Positions 1 to 9,556 of a stretch of DNA of 64,000 nt are shown here, piece by piece. The stretch is from Desulfosudaceae bacterium. Lineage in GTDB: Bacteria; Desulfobacterota; Desulfobacteria; Desulfobacterales; Desulfosudaceae. The notes beneath the pieces were generated by a model. The model was not told where the DNA came from, ran no database searches, and saw only the letters and a program-made list of their open reading frames with translations. Location of the stretch: contig CAXXDV010000001.1 of the NCBI GenBank assembly GCA_963674745.2, positions 384,001 through 448,000 on the forward strand, in the 5' to 3' direction. Position numbers and translations under genes: made by a program. Every line of letters begins with the position of its first letter. Positions within the stretch are counted from its first letter, which is position 1.

Positions 1-76
1 TATCAGGATCACTCCGCCTGGCCCTGCTGGCCGCGCTCATGCCGGCCGCGTCTCCACCGATAATAACAAATCGCAT
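1..76 (-). CDS. FAD-dependent pyridine nucleotide-disulfide oxidoreductase (CoA-disulfide reductase/NADH oxidase family), 5' part only; runs off the window edge
   Basis: Manual translation of the minus strand from ATG at 76 gives MRFVIIGGDAAGMSAASRARRSDPD, the family's N-terminal FAD-binding motif. AGGAG RBS upstream. Not in the ORF track. Confidence 0.8.
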   Translation of the reverse strand, partial: MRFVIIGGDAAGMSAASRARRSDPD

Positions 77-265
77 CAGCAAACTCCTGCGGGCGAAAGG
101 CCCCCTGTTTTCGTTTTTATTACAGACCATCATACAGACTCGGATTTTAAACCGCAAGCCATGTTCCAACACATCGCGGCAACTCAAAATCCCAAGGCTG
201 AAGCCCGTTTTCATTAAAGATTGTCTCATTGACTTTCCAAATATCCGTTGTTAGGGTGCCCTATT

Positions 266-2266
266 ATGGAAAAAGGAACCATCGTTGAATACATCGACCG
301 GCAGCGTATGATCTGCTCGGTTGTTCTGGAATCTGCCCCGGTCGGGGACAAACGGCTCCACCTGTATACCGAAAACAACCGGGCGGTCAATCTGCCCGGG
401 CGGCGCATTACCTATGCCGGCGGCCGGCTGGATATGGGCTTGACCCGACAGCAGATGGCCGATCAGTTGAAGGAGACGGCTGCCAGGCGAAACGCCCTGA
501 TGGAACAGATTGATGTTTCCGCCCTGTGGGACCTGGTCAATCCGGAAGCCGAATGGGTGTCTCTGGCCACCCTGAAGGAGTTGTGCTTTTCCGGTCAAGC
601 CTCGGCTGATCATGAATCGGCCGTGGTCAGGGCCATGTTTGAGGACAGCCTTTATTTCAAGTTCGATCATAACCGGTTTTTGCCGCATTCCCCGGAACAG
701 ATCAAAGCCATTACCATCCGCAAAGAAAGAGAAGAAAAAATCAAACGCATCATTAATGAAGGCTCCCAATGGTTGAAAAAAGTGATGTCCGGCGGATCGG
801 TGGAACTGTCCGACGATGAGCGGGAATACGTCAAAATCTTGAAAAACTATTATATATTCGAACAGGAGGCCGAGGAAAAAGCGCTGGCCAAAGAAATGCT
901 GGCCAGGGCAGGCGGCATCTCCCGGGACGCCATTTTTTCTTTGATGGTGCGTCTGGGCGTATGGGATTCCAATGAAAATAACGACTTATACAGATATGGC
1001 GTCTCCACCGCATGGCCTCCTGAAATCACTTCCCGGGCCGAGCATATCAGCACCGCCCGGGCCGGTTTTATCGCCGGAAAGGACCGGCTGGACCTCTCGG
1101 ACCTGTATGTTTTTACCATTGACGGCAGTACGACAGCTGATTTTGATGATGCCTTGAGTATCGAGATAGAAGATGACGGCGTCTGCCGGGTGGGTGTTCA
1201 CATCAGCGACGTCGCTCAATATATTAAAAAAGAAGATGCCATTGACCGGGAAGCGCTGAATCGTGGCAGTTCCATCTATACGGCGGACCAGAAAATCCCG
1301 ATGTTACCGCCGGTTTTGTCCGAAGACACCTGCAGCCTTATGGCGGGTGCGAAACGGCCGGCCATTTCAGTACTAATGCGTTTTTCCCTTTTCGCGGAAC
1401 TGCTGGACTATGACATTGTCCCTTCGGTCATACGGGTGGATCACCATTTATCATACAGTGAAGCCGACCGGAATCTGGAGCAGGACACAAGGCTGAAGAA
1501 GCTCAATGAACTGACAACCCGATTATGCCAGCGACGGATTCAGGCCGGTGCCATGCAGATCATAATTCCCGACCTGCTCATTCAGTTTATTGATAAAGGT
1601 CGGGTCAAGGTCAGTTGCGTGGAAGCCATCAGCCCGTCACGGATGCTGGTGGCGGAAATGATGATCACCGCCAACTGGCTTTTTGCCAGATTCCTGTCCG
1701 ACCACCACGTGCCGGGCGCATTCCGTGCCCAGGCAGAACCGAAACAGCGACTGGTAAAAAAGGCGGACGCCCCCGGAACGCTTGTCCAGAACTGGCTGCA
1801 ACGCAAGATGATCGCCCGGGTCGCCCTGGGCATTGAACCGGGCCCCCACGCCGGTCTGGGGCTGGAAGCCTACACCACAGCGACATCCCCCATACGCAAG
1901 TACCTTGACCTGATGACGCAACGCCAGGTGAGATCTGTCCTGGGGCTTGAGACCGCCTATACCCCTGAAGAAGTCCAGGGCATCCTCCAGGCCCTGGAAC
2001 CGCGGCTGAGCGGTGTGGCCAGAATACAGCAGGCGCGTCAGCGTTACTGGACTTTGAAATATCTGGAGACAAAAATCGGCGCCAAAGAAGAAGCCGTTGT
2101 GCTGGACCGATTCATGAACGATTATTCCGTGCTGCTCCCTGACTATCTGCTGGAGTGCCGCCTGCCGAAAACATCCGGCACCGATATCAAGTCCAAAGAC
2201 CTGATCCAGGTCACCATCCAGCATGTTAATGCCAGGAACAATACCATATCCATCTTCTTCGGCTAG
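266..2266 (+). CDS. RNase II/RNase R family exoribonuclease (RNB domain)
   Basis: TIDGSTTADFDDALS catalytic Asp motif; HAGLGLEAYTTATSPIRKYLDL motif. Start taken at ATG 266 (MEKGT). Confidence 0.9.
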   Translation: MEKGTIVEYIDRQRMICSVVLESAPVGDKRLHLYTENNRAVNLPGRRITYAGGRLDMGLTRQQMADQLKETAARRNALMEQIDVSALWDLVNPEAEWVSLATLKELCFSGQASADHESAVVRAMFEDSLYFKFDHNRFLPHSPEQIKAITIRKEREEKIKRIINEGSQWLKKVMSGGSVELSDDEREYVKILKNYYIFEQEAEEKALAKEMLARAGGISRDAIFSLMVRLGVWDSNENNDLYRYGVSTAWPPEITSRAEHISTARAGFIAGKDRLDLSDLYVFTIDGSTTADFDDALSIEIEDDGVCRVGVHISDVAQYIKKEDAIDREALNRGSSIYTADQKIPMLPPVLSEDTCSLMAGAKRPAISVLMRFSLFAELLDYDIVPSVIRVDHHLSYSEADRNLEQDTRLKKLNELTTRLCQRRIQAGAMQIIIPDLLIQFIDKGRVKVSCVEAISPSRMLVAEMMITANWLFARFLSDHHVPGAFRAQAEPKQRLVKKADAPGTLVQNWLQRKMIARVALGIEPGPHAGLGLEAYTTATSPIRKYLDLMTQRQVRSVLGLETAYTPEEVQGILQALEPRLSGVARIQQARQRYWTLKYLETKIGAKEEAVVLDRFMNDYSVLLPDYLLECRLPKTSGTDIKSKDLIQVTIQHVNARNNTISIFFG

Positions 2267-2409
2267 TTCCCGGCCACAAATGGTCTTTTTCCGCAATCTC
2301 TACGCCAAACTGCGTTGCTTTTTGTGCGGCGTACTTACATTTCGCATCCGCAAAGCGCCTTGTTTTCCTTCCCCTTGCTAAAAAATCCTCATTTTTGAAC
2401 TGGAAACTG
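2264..2409. repeat. MITE/REP-like inverted-repeat element, copy A
   Basis: Left end TAGTTCCCGGCCACAAATG versus reverse complement of right end CAGTTTCCAGTTCAAAAATG. Internal CGTAC and GCGCCTTG motifs resemble the elements at 21781 and 33006. Confidence 0.55.
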
Positions 2410-2521
2410 ACTTAAACAAAGCCGGATAACATGGATAGATCAATACCTGTTAAATTAAATACGACCTTCTAAATTACCTGGGCGCCTTGAGATCATTCTT
2501 GATTTGGAATCGCTACCGGAA

Positions 2522-4189
2522 TTATTGGGCGTGATTGGTAAATTCTGAATCGTCTTCCGGAACGATAAAGGGATTGAACCTGAATTCCGCGGTGGGCGGC
2601 AGTGTCCGGCGGAATTGCTTTATGGCCTTGACGACGTCTTCTAGATAGCGGGTATCGGTGACATAAAAATCGATATAATTAATGATGCTGCTGGCGAACG
2701 GTTCCATAAGGCGCGGATTCTTTCCCGGATAATAAGCGCCGATTTTCAACCACTCACCGGGAAGGCGGTTAAACCAGGAATTGGTCACCATCACCAAGTG
2801 GACTTCTTTGTGTCGGGCCAGTTCCGCCACACATTCCAGGCTGTTTTTTTCAAGGCCGCATTGCAGGGCGTCTTTTGATCCGGCACCCCATAAATCCAGT
2901 ACATAGCTTGCGTTTTGATAAGAGACCAGCCCGAAATCATTGACTGCCACAGGCTGCGGGTAATACTCCGTCACCAGGCGATGCATCTGGTAATGATGAC
3001 GATATATCCAGTTGGATATATAAGGAATCAGGCCTGTGGTAACCAGAGAGGACACCAGCAGGAGCAAAAGCGGTATGCCCAAAAAAGCGACCGGCCAGCG
3101 TTTTCGGCTCACGCGCCGATGTAAGAATGCCAACATATCAGACAGATAAAAATAAAGGGTGCCGACCGTTAGAGCAGCAAGGATATAGGCCTCGTAACGG
3201 AAGATGGGAAGCGGACTGACGTGCCCGAACACCATATATAGCAGTCCCCCGGAAACCAGCACCAGGGCCGGTCCATGAAAAGACCGGTAGCGCCTGACAA
3301 CAGCCGCCGGCAGAAGACTGAAAATAAGCAGGACCAGGGGCAGACAGAATGGATTGGTAAAATTTTCCACCAGGTTGACACCGATATTACTGGCGGGATT
3401 GATCGAGCCATTCTGGTGGACTGTTTTCGCCGCAATAGAGGTCGGCAGAAAGCCGATATCATGCGCATAAAGATAAAGGGAAAACACGCCCAGGGTCATG
3501 ACAACGCCCAGGCCGGCAAATAAAGCTTTGACCCGGTGTCCCCGGACAAACAGGTAAATTACAGCGGGGCAGACAATAGCCAAACACTCATAACGGATCA
3601 GGGGGGCAAACAGCAGGCCGATCATCAGCAACGGATGGATCCGCCCGGTTCGGGTTTCGTGTATCAGCCCGAAAAGGACCAGCAGCGTCAGCAGCATCTG
3701 TAACGGTGTTTCCATGCCGATGAACACCATGAGAATCAGACTGTTGATAAAAACAAGCAAAGCCAGGAGGGTATTGACAAACACCTTTCCCCGCCGGGTT
3801 TTAAGTGCCTTGGGAAGCCGAAAATAGGCAGCAAAAAGGATATTATGCTGGATACCGATGATGGCGATGACGATACCCAGGTTCAGACCCAGGACCGCCC
3901 ATTCAAAAAACGGCAGTGCCGTCAAAGGCGCCAGGATGAACGGCCATAATATACTCGAGCACGGTGCCGAAATTTCCCCGGGATTAAAACCATAAATACC
4001 CGACCATATATTCCTGGCCTGCTCAAAAAGGAGATAGGCGTCATCAAACAGAAAAACAAAAACCCCGTCGTTGAGGCGGAGAATAAGTACAAGTTCTAGG
4101 GCAAAAAAAACCACTACCGTCAATAACGGCCAGCGGAATGACAGGCCATCCATCCGGGGTTGGACTTCCCTTGAGTCGTCTTTTTGCAT
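2522..4189 (-). CDS. Polytopic membrane protein, probable GT-C fold (lipid-linked sugar) glycosyltransferase
   Basis: Many hydrophobic segments; DDAY acidic motif after TM1; GxGFNPGE, GMETPL and RYE motifs typical of arabinofuranosyl/mannosyl-transferase-like proteins. Confidence 0.6.
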   Translation of the reverse strand: MQKDDSREVQPRMDGLSFRWPLLTVVVFFALELVLILRLNDGVFVFLFDDAYLLFEQARNIWSGIYGFNPGEISAPCSSILWPFILAPLTALPFFEWAVLGLNLGIVIAIIGIQHNILFAAYFRLPKALKTRRGKVFVNTLLALLVFINSLILMVFIGMETPLQMLLTLLVLFGLIHETRTGRIHPLLMIGLLFAPLIRYECLAIVCPAVIYLFVRGHRVKALFAGLGVVMTLGVFSLYLYAHDIGFLPTSIAAKTVHQNGSINPASNIGVNLVENFTNPFCLPLVLLIFSLLPAAVVRRYRSFHGPALVLVSGGLLYMVFGHVSPLPIFRYEAYILAALTVGTLYFYLSDMLAFLHRRVSRKRWPVAFLGIPLLLLLVSSLVTTGLIPYISNWIYRHHYQMHRLVTEYYPQPVAVNDFGLVSYQNASYVLDLWGAGSKDALQCGLEKNSLECVAELARHKEVHLVMVTNSWFNRLPGEWLKIGAYYPGKNPRLMEPFASSIINYIDFYVTDTRYLEDVVKAIKQFRRTLPPTAEFRFNPFIVPEDDSEFTNHAQ

Positions 4190-4194
4190 ATTAA

Positions 4195-5445
4195 CTAATG
4201 TTTGAAGCTGCGCTGACCGGTGAACACCATCGTCGCCCCGGCCTGGTTGCAGGCTTCTATGGACTGGTAATCATTCAGGGAGCCGCCGGGATGGATGATT
4301 GCGGTGACACCTTCCTGAAGTCCTACGTCAACCCCGTCACGAAAAGGGAAAAAGGCGTCACTGACCATGGCCGCGCCGATGAGCCCCCCTTTTTCCGCGG
4401 CCACTTTCCGGTTGATGGCGTCAACTTTTTCCCGGCTGTCCAGCTCCTTATACGGAACGTCATACATTTCAACCGCATAACGATCAGCCAGTTTACGATA
4501 GGCCTTGTCCCGGGCGATTTCAGCCACACCCACCCGGTCCTGCTCGCCGGTCCCGATGCCGACAGTGGCCTCGTCCTTGACATAGATAACCGAATTGGAC
4601 GTAATACCGGCTTCAACCAGCCAGCCGAACAGCATGTCCCGATACTCATCCTCAGTGGGTTCGCGCTTGATACTGTATTTTTTGTCCTGATATGTACACT
4701 CGGCCGGCAAAAGGTCTTCTTTTGACAGTACCTGGGACACAAAGGACCACTGGGCGATGATACCACCGTCAATCAGGCTTTTAAAATCAACACAGCGTTT
4801 GTTGACAAACGACTGAAGCTGCTCGATGTTTTTGATCCGGATGACCCGCAGATTTTTTCGACCGGACAGGATATCCATGGCGCCCTCTTCATATTCGGGG
4901 GCCACAACCACCTCGGCGTATTGAGCGGCCACGGATTCAGCCGTGACTTTGTCTACCGCCCGGTTGAGCGCGATACAACCGCCGAAAGCAGCAATCCTGT
5001 CGGCCATGTACGCCCGGGCATAAGCGGTTTCCAGGGAGGCCGCCCTGGCCACCCCGCAGGGATTGTTGTGCTTGACGATCACAGCAGTCGCCTTATCATG
5101 AAAATATCTCAATATATTCAAAGCGTTATCAGCGTCTGTCAGGTTTGTTTTGCCGGGATGTTTGCCGGACTGAAGCAGTTCCACGTCCGAAGCCAGGTAT
5201 TGACCGGGCTGGATGGTTTCGGTTTCGCCCAGCATCAGGTTGCCGTTGACAAGCCGGTACAGGGCCGCTTCCTGACCGGGATTTTCACCATACCGGAGCC
5301 CTTTTTCCACACCTTCAATGCGCCAGGTGACCTTTTCAAAAAAAAGGGTTTGCCGCTTACTGCCGTCAACAAAGCTGACCTCCATCTGCGGCGGAAAATG
5401 GTCGTCCATAATCGTTCGATAGGCTTGTTTCATATCTTTTCCCAT
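4195..5445 (-). CDS. purH: PurH-family AICAR transformylase domain protein (short form, no N-terminal MGS-like domain)
   Basis: LRYGENPGQ, KHNNPCGVA, SNSV, GIGTGEQDRV, SDAFFPFRDG and C-terminal FTGQRSFKH motifs. Confidence 0.85.
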   Translation of the reverse strand: MGKDMKQAYRTIMDDHFPPQMEVSFVDGSKRQTLFFEKVTWRIEGVEKGLRYGENPGQEAALYRLVNGNLMLGETETIQPGQYLASDVELLQSGKHPGKTNLTDADNALNILRYFHDKATAVIVKHNNPCGVARAASLETAYARAYMADRIAAFGGCIALNRAVDKVTAESVAAQYAEVVVAPEYEEGAMDILSGRKNLRVIRIKNIEQLQSFVNKRCVDFKSLIDGGIIAQWSFVSQVLSKEDLLPAECTYQDKKYSIKREPTEDEYRDMLFGWLVEAGITSNSVIYVKDEATVGIGTGEQDRVGVAEIARDKAYRKLADRYAVEMYDVPYKELDSREKVDAINRKVAAEKGGLIGAAMVSDAFFPFRDGVDVGLQEGVTAIIHPGGSLNDYQSIEACNQAGATMVFTGQRSFKH

Positions 5446-5734
5446 GGTTTTCTCCCGTCAGTAGGTTTTCGTGTTCCAAGTGTGCCTTTGGCGCAGGGGG
5501 CATCATTCGGCAGCCCCATCCCGGCAGCGGCAACACATCGTCTGCCATGGTAAGTCATGGGGGCAGCTACAGTCAACTTCTCAACCCGAATTATTTACCG
5601 CCTCACCGGCCACCAAGTTTTTTATAAGACGGCCATATATTGCAAACAGAATATAGTCTATGTTATACAATTATTTATATCAATCTGTGCAAATTTTTAC
5701 TAACTATTTAATTATAATATAATATCAAAAAACC

Positions 5735-7357
5735 GTGCGTATTCTTTTATCATCCCCATTTAAACCGTTTGGCATTGACGGTAAGTACGGCCGGAAAGAG
5801 GCCCTGGCGGAAATTTTTCATAATCAATTAACGCTCAAACAGGGCGCGTTCTCAGTAAGGAATTTTACAACATCAAATGCATTACATGTAATCGCCAACA
5901 ATATCGATACGCCGACAACGGTACTGGACTGCCCTACATTAAAGCAATATATAAAAGAAATCCGAAATGATTATGATGTCATAGGAATAAGTGCGCAGTT
6001 ACCGAATTTTAACCAACTGAAAAAAATGCTACACGTCACCCGTCAGTATGCCCCTAAGTCTCGAATTGTCGTGGGTGGATTTGTAGCGGCGATCCCGGAC
6101 TTAAAAAATCAAATAGATGCGGATGACATCTGTAAAGGAGAGGGTATCGGCTTTATGCGCAACCTGCTGGGACTGCCCCCTGAATACAGATATCAAAACC
6201 CGCGCAGTATTTTTTCAGAAACAAAAGAAATCTTCGGGGTACCGGTCATCGGATTAAAAAGGCCGTTAATGGTAGTCGGCCTCGGGTGTACTTATGGTTG
6301 CGATTTTTGCAGTACCAGTCATTTTTTCGGAAAGAAGCATATTAACCTTTTAGATTCCGGAAAAGATATTTTTAACGAAATTTTATTTTTAAATGAAAAA
6401 TATCCGGATGCCACCATTGGCTGTGTAGGGGATGATAATTTTTTAGTTGACCTTGAACGGGCCGACGAGCTCAGGAAGTGCCTTGTAAAAAGCGGGCAGG
6501 CAGTCAAACTATATATATTCGCATCAGCAGACAAAATCGTTGATTTCGGTATTGAAAAACTGGCCGAAACCGGGGTGGATATCGTTTGGATCGGCCGAGA
6601 GAGCAAATTTTCCGCTTATAATAAAAATCGGAATATTAATTACAAAGCGCTTATCGCGGAAATGAAAAAATACGGCATCAAAACCATCATGAGTTCAATG
6701 TTGCTGGTTGATTCGCATTCAAAAGAAAATATCTACGATGATATTGATGCGCATATTGCCGCGGAACCGGTTTTCAGTCAGTTCCTGTTTTACACCCCCA
6801 CACCAGGAACGCCCCTTTATCAACGGTTTTTATTAGAGGGACGAATCAACACCGAACTGGCCTATGAGGATTATAACGGCCGAAATGCTTCATTAATTAT
6901 CCATCCGGCATTTTCCCCCCAGGAGGCAGAGAAAGTTCAAGATTTCGCATATCAAAGGGATTATGAAAGATTAGGGCCTTCACTGGTCCGCTATATTGAG
7001 ACGAATTTTACCGGATGGCTGCATATGAAGGATTCAAATAAACAGATATTACGTACCAGGGCCGAGACCTTTGCTAAAAAAATGTGGCAATACAGGGCGC
7101 TTTTGCATGCTATCGAACTTTTATCTTCCAGTAAACTGCACAAGGAAATGGCCAAGGATGTTCGCCGCCAGATAGAACTTTCTTTTGGGAAAACAACCAT
7201 TACCGAAAAAGCGATTGCCACGGGATTATGTATCAGCGGTAAAATCAGGGAAGCCCGGACATCGCTTTGGGGGGACAACATGCAGCCTTCATCTTATAAA
7301 TTTTATTTTAATCACACGCCATCGAAAAAAATTATCATGAAACGGATGGTGATTTAG
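5735..7357 (+). CDS. B12-binding-domain radical SAM protein
   Basis: N-terminal cobalamin-binding-like domain (DVIGIS, IVVGG, GEG); GCTYGCDFC; DDNF; TPTPGTPLY. Confidence 0.85.
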   Translation: MRILLSSPFKPFGIDGKYGRKEALAEIFHNQLTLKQGAFSVRNFTTSNALHVIANNIDTPTTVLDCPTLKQYIKEIRNDYDVIGISAQLPNFNQLKKMLHVTRQYAPKSRIVVGGFVAAIPDLKNQIDADDICKGEGIGFMRNLLGLPPEYRYQNPRSIFSETKEIFGVPVIGLKRPLMVVGLGCTYGCDFCSTSHFFGKKHINLLDSGKDIFNEILFLNEKYPDATIGCVGDDNFLVDLERADELRKCLVKSGQAVKLYIFASADKIVDFGIEKLAETGVDIVWIGRESKFSAYNKNRNINYKALIAEMKKYGIKTIMSSMLLVDSHSKENIYDDIDAHIAAEPVFSQFLFYTPTPGTPLYQRFLLEGRINTELAYEDYNGRNASLIIHPAFSPQEAEKVQDFAYQRDYERLGPSLVRYIETNFTGWLHMKDSNKQILRTRAETFAKKMWQYRALLHAIELLSSSKLHKEMAKDVRRQIELSFGKTTITEKAIATGLCISGKIREARTSLWGDNMQPSSYKFYFNHTPSKKIIMKRMVI

Positions 7358-7542
7358 TTGATTTTTTATTTATGATAATTTTCTCGATGCCTATGAGATA
7401 TCTCATAAATCGAAAAATCCGGAAGCGGTGTTAAACAAACAACTTTGTTCAGAGAAACAGGTGAGCAACTGCCGGTTGCAGATGTCGGTTCGACCTGCTC
7501 CCGGTTAAACAAAAAATAACAGAGGGAATCATACGAGCGGCT

Positions 7543-8841
7543 ATGCAAACCGATAATATCTGCAAAAAACGCATCACATGCAGAATCTGCGGATCGGAAA
7601 AACTGATACCGGTCATCGATCTGGGACAGCAGTGTCTGGCATCGGTTTTTGAATCCGGTACCCCTCCGGACTGGTTACGGCAGCCTTATCCGCTGGCACT
7701 CGTCCGTTGTGACGCCGAAGATGGCTGCGGACTGGTCCAACTGGGACACAGCATCGCCCCCGGGGTGCTTTACCGGCATTATGGATACCGCTCCGGCATC
7801 AACGAGCGGATGCGGCAGAACCTGGTCGACATCGCTCGAGTCGTGGAAAATATGGCCGGCCTGCAGCCGGGGGACACGGTTTGCGATATCGGCTGCAATG
7901 ACGGCACGTTTCTGGCGTCTTTATCCCCAGCGACAGACAGGTTGGGGATCGATCCGGCCGAAAACGTCATCAAATCCGCAAGAGATAAAGGGCTTGATGT
8001 GATCTGCGATTTTTTTTCCCGGCAAATCTATGAAAATGTCCGGCCTGGCGTCAAAGCCAAGATCGTTTCCACGATTGCCATGTTTTATGATCTGGACAAC
8101 CCGGCCGGATTTGTCAGCGACGTGGCCGGCGTCCTGGCAGATGAGGGGGTCTGGGTCATGGAAATGGCCTATTTCCCGTTTATGCTGAAAAACCACTCTT
8201 TCGACAACATCTGCCATGAACACCTGGCATATTACTGTCTGAAACAACTGGAGTGGCTTTTTGACCAGGAGGGCCTTAAGATCCATGGCGTGGAATTTAA
8301 TGATATCAACGGCGGCAGTATCCGCCTGTTTATCCGGAAAAGTGCTGCCGGCCCGGTGCCGGAGACCACCCTCGGCGAACTGGCACGGATCCGTCAGCAG
8401 GAGCAGGCGCTCGGCCTTGAAACAAGCGCGCCCTATACGGCTTTTTACGAATCGGCCCTGGTTGTTCGGGATGACTTAAAACAGTTATTAAACGATATCC
8501 GGAAAGAAGGGAAAACCGTTTATGCTTACGGCGCATCCACAAAAGGTAATATTATTCTTCAGTTCTGTGACATCGACAACCGGCTGATCCGCAAAGCGGC
8601 CGACCGGAACCCGGAAAAATGGTTTGCCAGGACGCCGGCGACGGATATTGAAATCATATCCGAGCAGCAGGCCCGGGATGAAAAACCGGACTTTTTCCTG
8701 GTCCTGCCATGGTCATTTGTAGATATTTTTAAGGAACGAGAGGCCGATTTCCTCAAAAACGGCGGGAAGTTCATACTGCCACTGCCCGACGTCCGACTGA
8801 TAGGAAACAATGGTGATGAAACAGCCATGCCCGTCATCTGA
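7543..8841 (+). CDS. NDP-hexose C-methyltransferase (C3-methyl branched-sugar type, Zn-binding N-terminus)
   Basis: CRICG...C..CGLVQL zinc motif; DIGCNDG SAM-binding motif; HEHLAYY; C-terminal YGASTKG, LVLPW and GGKFILPLP. Confidence 0.88.
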   Translation: MQTDNICKKRITCRICGSEKLIPVIDLGQQCLASVFESGTPPDWLRQPYPLALVRCDAEDGCGLVQLGHSIAPGVLYRHYGYRSGINERMRQNLVDIARVVENMAGLQPGDTVCDIGCNDGTFLASLSPATDRLGIDPAENVIKSARDKGLDVICDFFSRQIYENVRPGVKAKIVSTIAMFYDLDNPAGFVSDVAGVLADEGVWVMEMAYFPFMLKNHSFDNICHEHLAYYCLKQLEWLFDQEGLKIHGVEFNDINGGSIRLFIRKSAAGPVPETTLGELARIRQQEQALGLETSAPYTAFYESALVVRDDLKQLLNDIRKEGKTVYAYGASTKGNIILQFCDIDNRLIRKAADRNPEKWFARTPATDIEIISEQQARDEKPDFFLVLPWSFVDIFKEREADFLKNGGKFILPLPDVRLIGNNGDETAMPVI

Positions 8842-8842
8842 T

Positions 8843-9556
8843 ATGGTCATCTGCCTGCCGACCTACAATGAACGATGGAATGTCGCCGACCTGGTTGAAC
8901 GGATCCGAAGGCTCCCCCTGTCGGTGGACATCCTGTTTATTGATGACAACTCGCCGGACGGCACCGGTATGGCGCTTGACCGTATCGTCAACCGGGAAAC
9001 CGGCGTACATGTGATTCACCGGAATCGCCGAATGGGTGTGGGCAGCGCCCATCAGGCAGCGATCCGGTTCGGTTATCAGCAGGGATATCATACCCTGATC
9101 ACCATGGACGCCGATGGCACCCACGATCCCGAAGACATCCCCCGCCTGGTTGAAGCCGCCGACAAAGCCGACGTCGTCGTGGGTTCCCGTTTTCTGCCCG
9201 CGGCCGCCGATCACAGAAAACACCGGGAGGCGCTCCAAAGCCGGCTGGTTCACCGGCTGACCGCCTGGCTATTGAACCTGTCCGGCGATATGAGCAACGC
9301 TTTCCGATTGTATCGCCTGGGCAAGATTGCCCCTGAGATTTTTGACTACTGCAAGTCTGACAGCTATGCTTTTTTCCCCGAAAGCCTTTATTATCTTCAT
9401 CATAATGGACAAATCATCAAGGAGGTCCCGGTAAACCTCGCTCCTCGGAAGGCCGGAAAGTCAAAAAAAAGACCCCGGGATATTGGCGAATGGATTTTCA
9501 GGCTGGCGTTCCTACATGCCCGGAGGGAATTGAGATTAAATGGCTTTTTCCAATAA
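8843..9556 (+). CDS. GT2 polyprenol-monophospho-sugar synthase (Dpm1/Ppm1-like)
   Basis: PTYNE, IDDNSPDGT, MDADGTHDP, VVGSRF and RKAGKSK motifs. The ORF track extends the start to 8810. Confidence 0.88.
   Translation: MVICLPTYNERWNVADLVERIRRLPLSVDILFIDDNSPDGTGMALDRIVNRETGVHVIHRNRRMGVGSAHQAAIRFGYQQGYHTLITMDADGTHDPEDIPRLVEAADKADVVVGSRFLPAAADHRKHREALQSRLVHRLTAWLLNLSGDMSNAFRLYRLGKIAPEIFDYCKSDSYAFFPESLYYLHHNGQIIKEVPVNLAPRKAGKSKKRPRDIGEWIFRLAFLHARRELRLNGFFQ

Noticed and set aside
5446..5580. ZMP/ZTP riboswitch upstream of purH
   Set aside because: The expected GACTGGCG and CGCCTGGGC consensus segments were not found on the minus strand.
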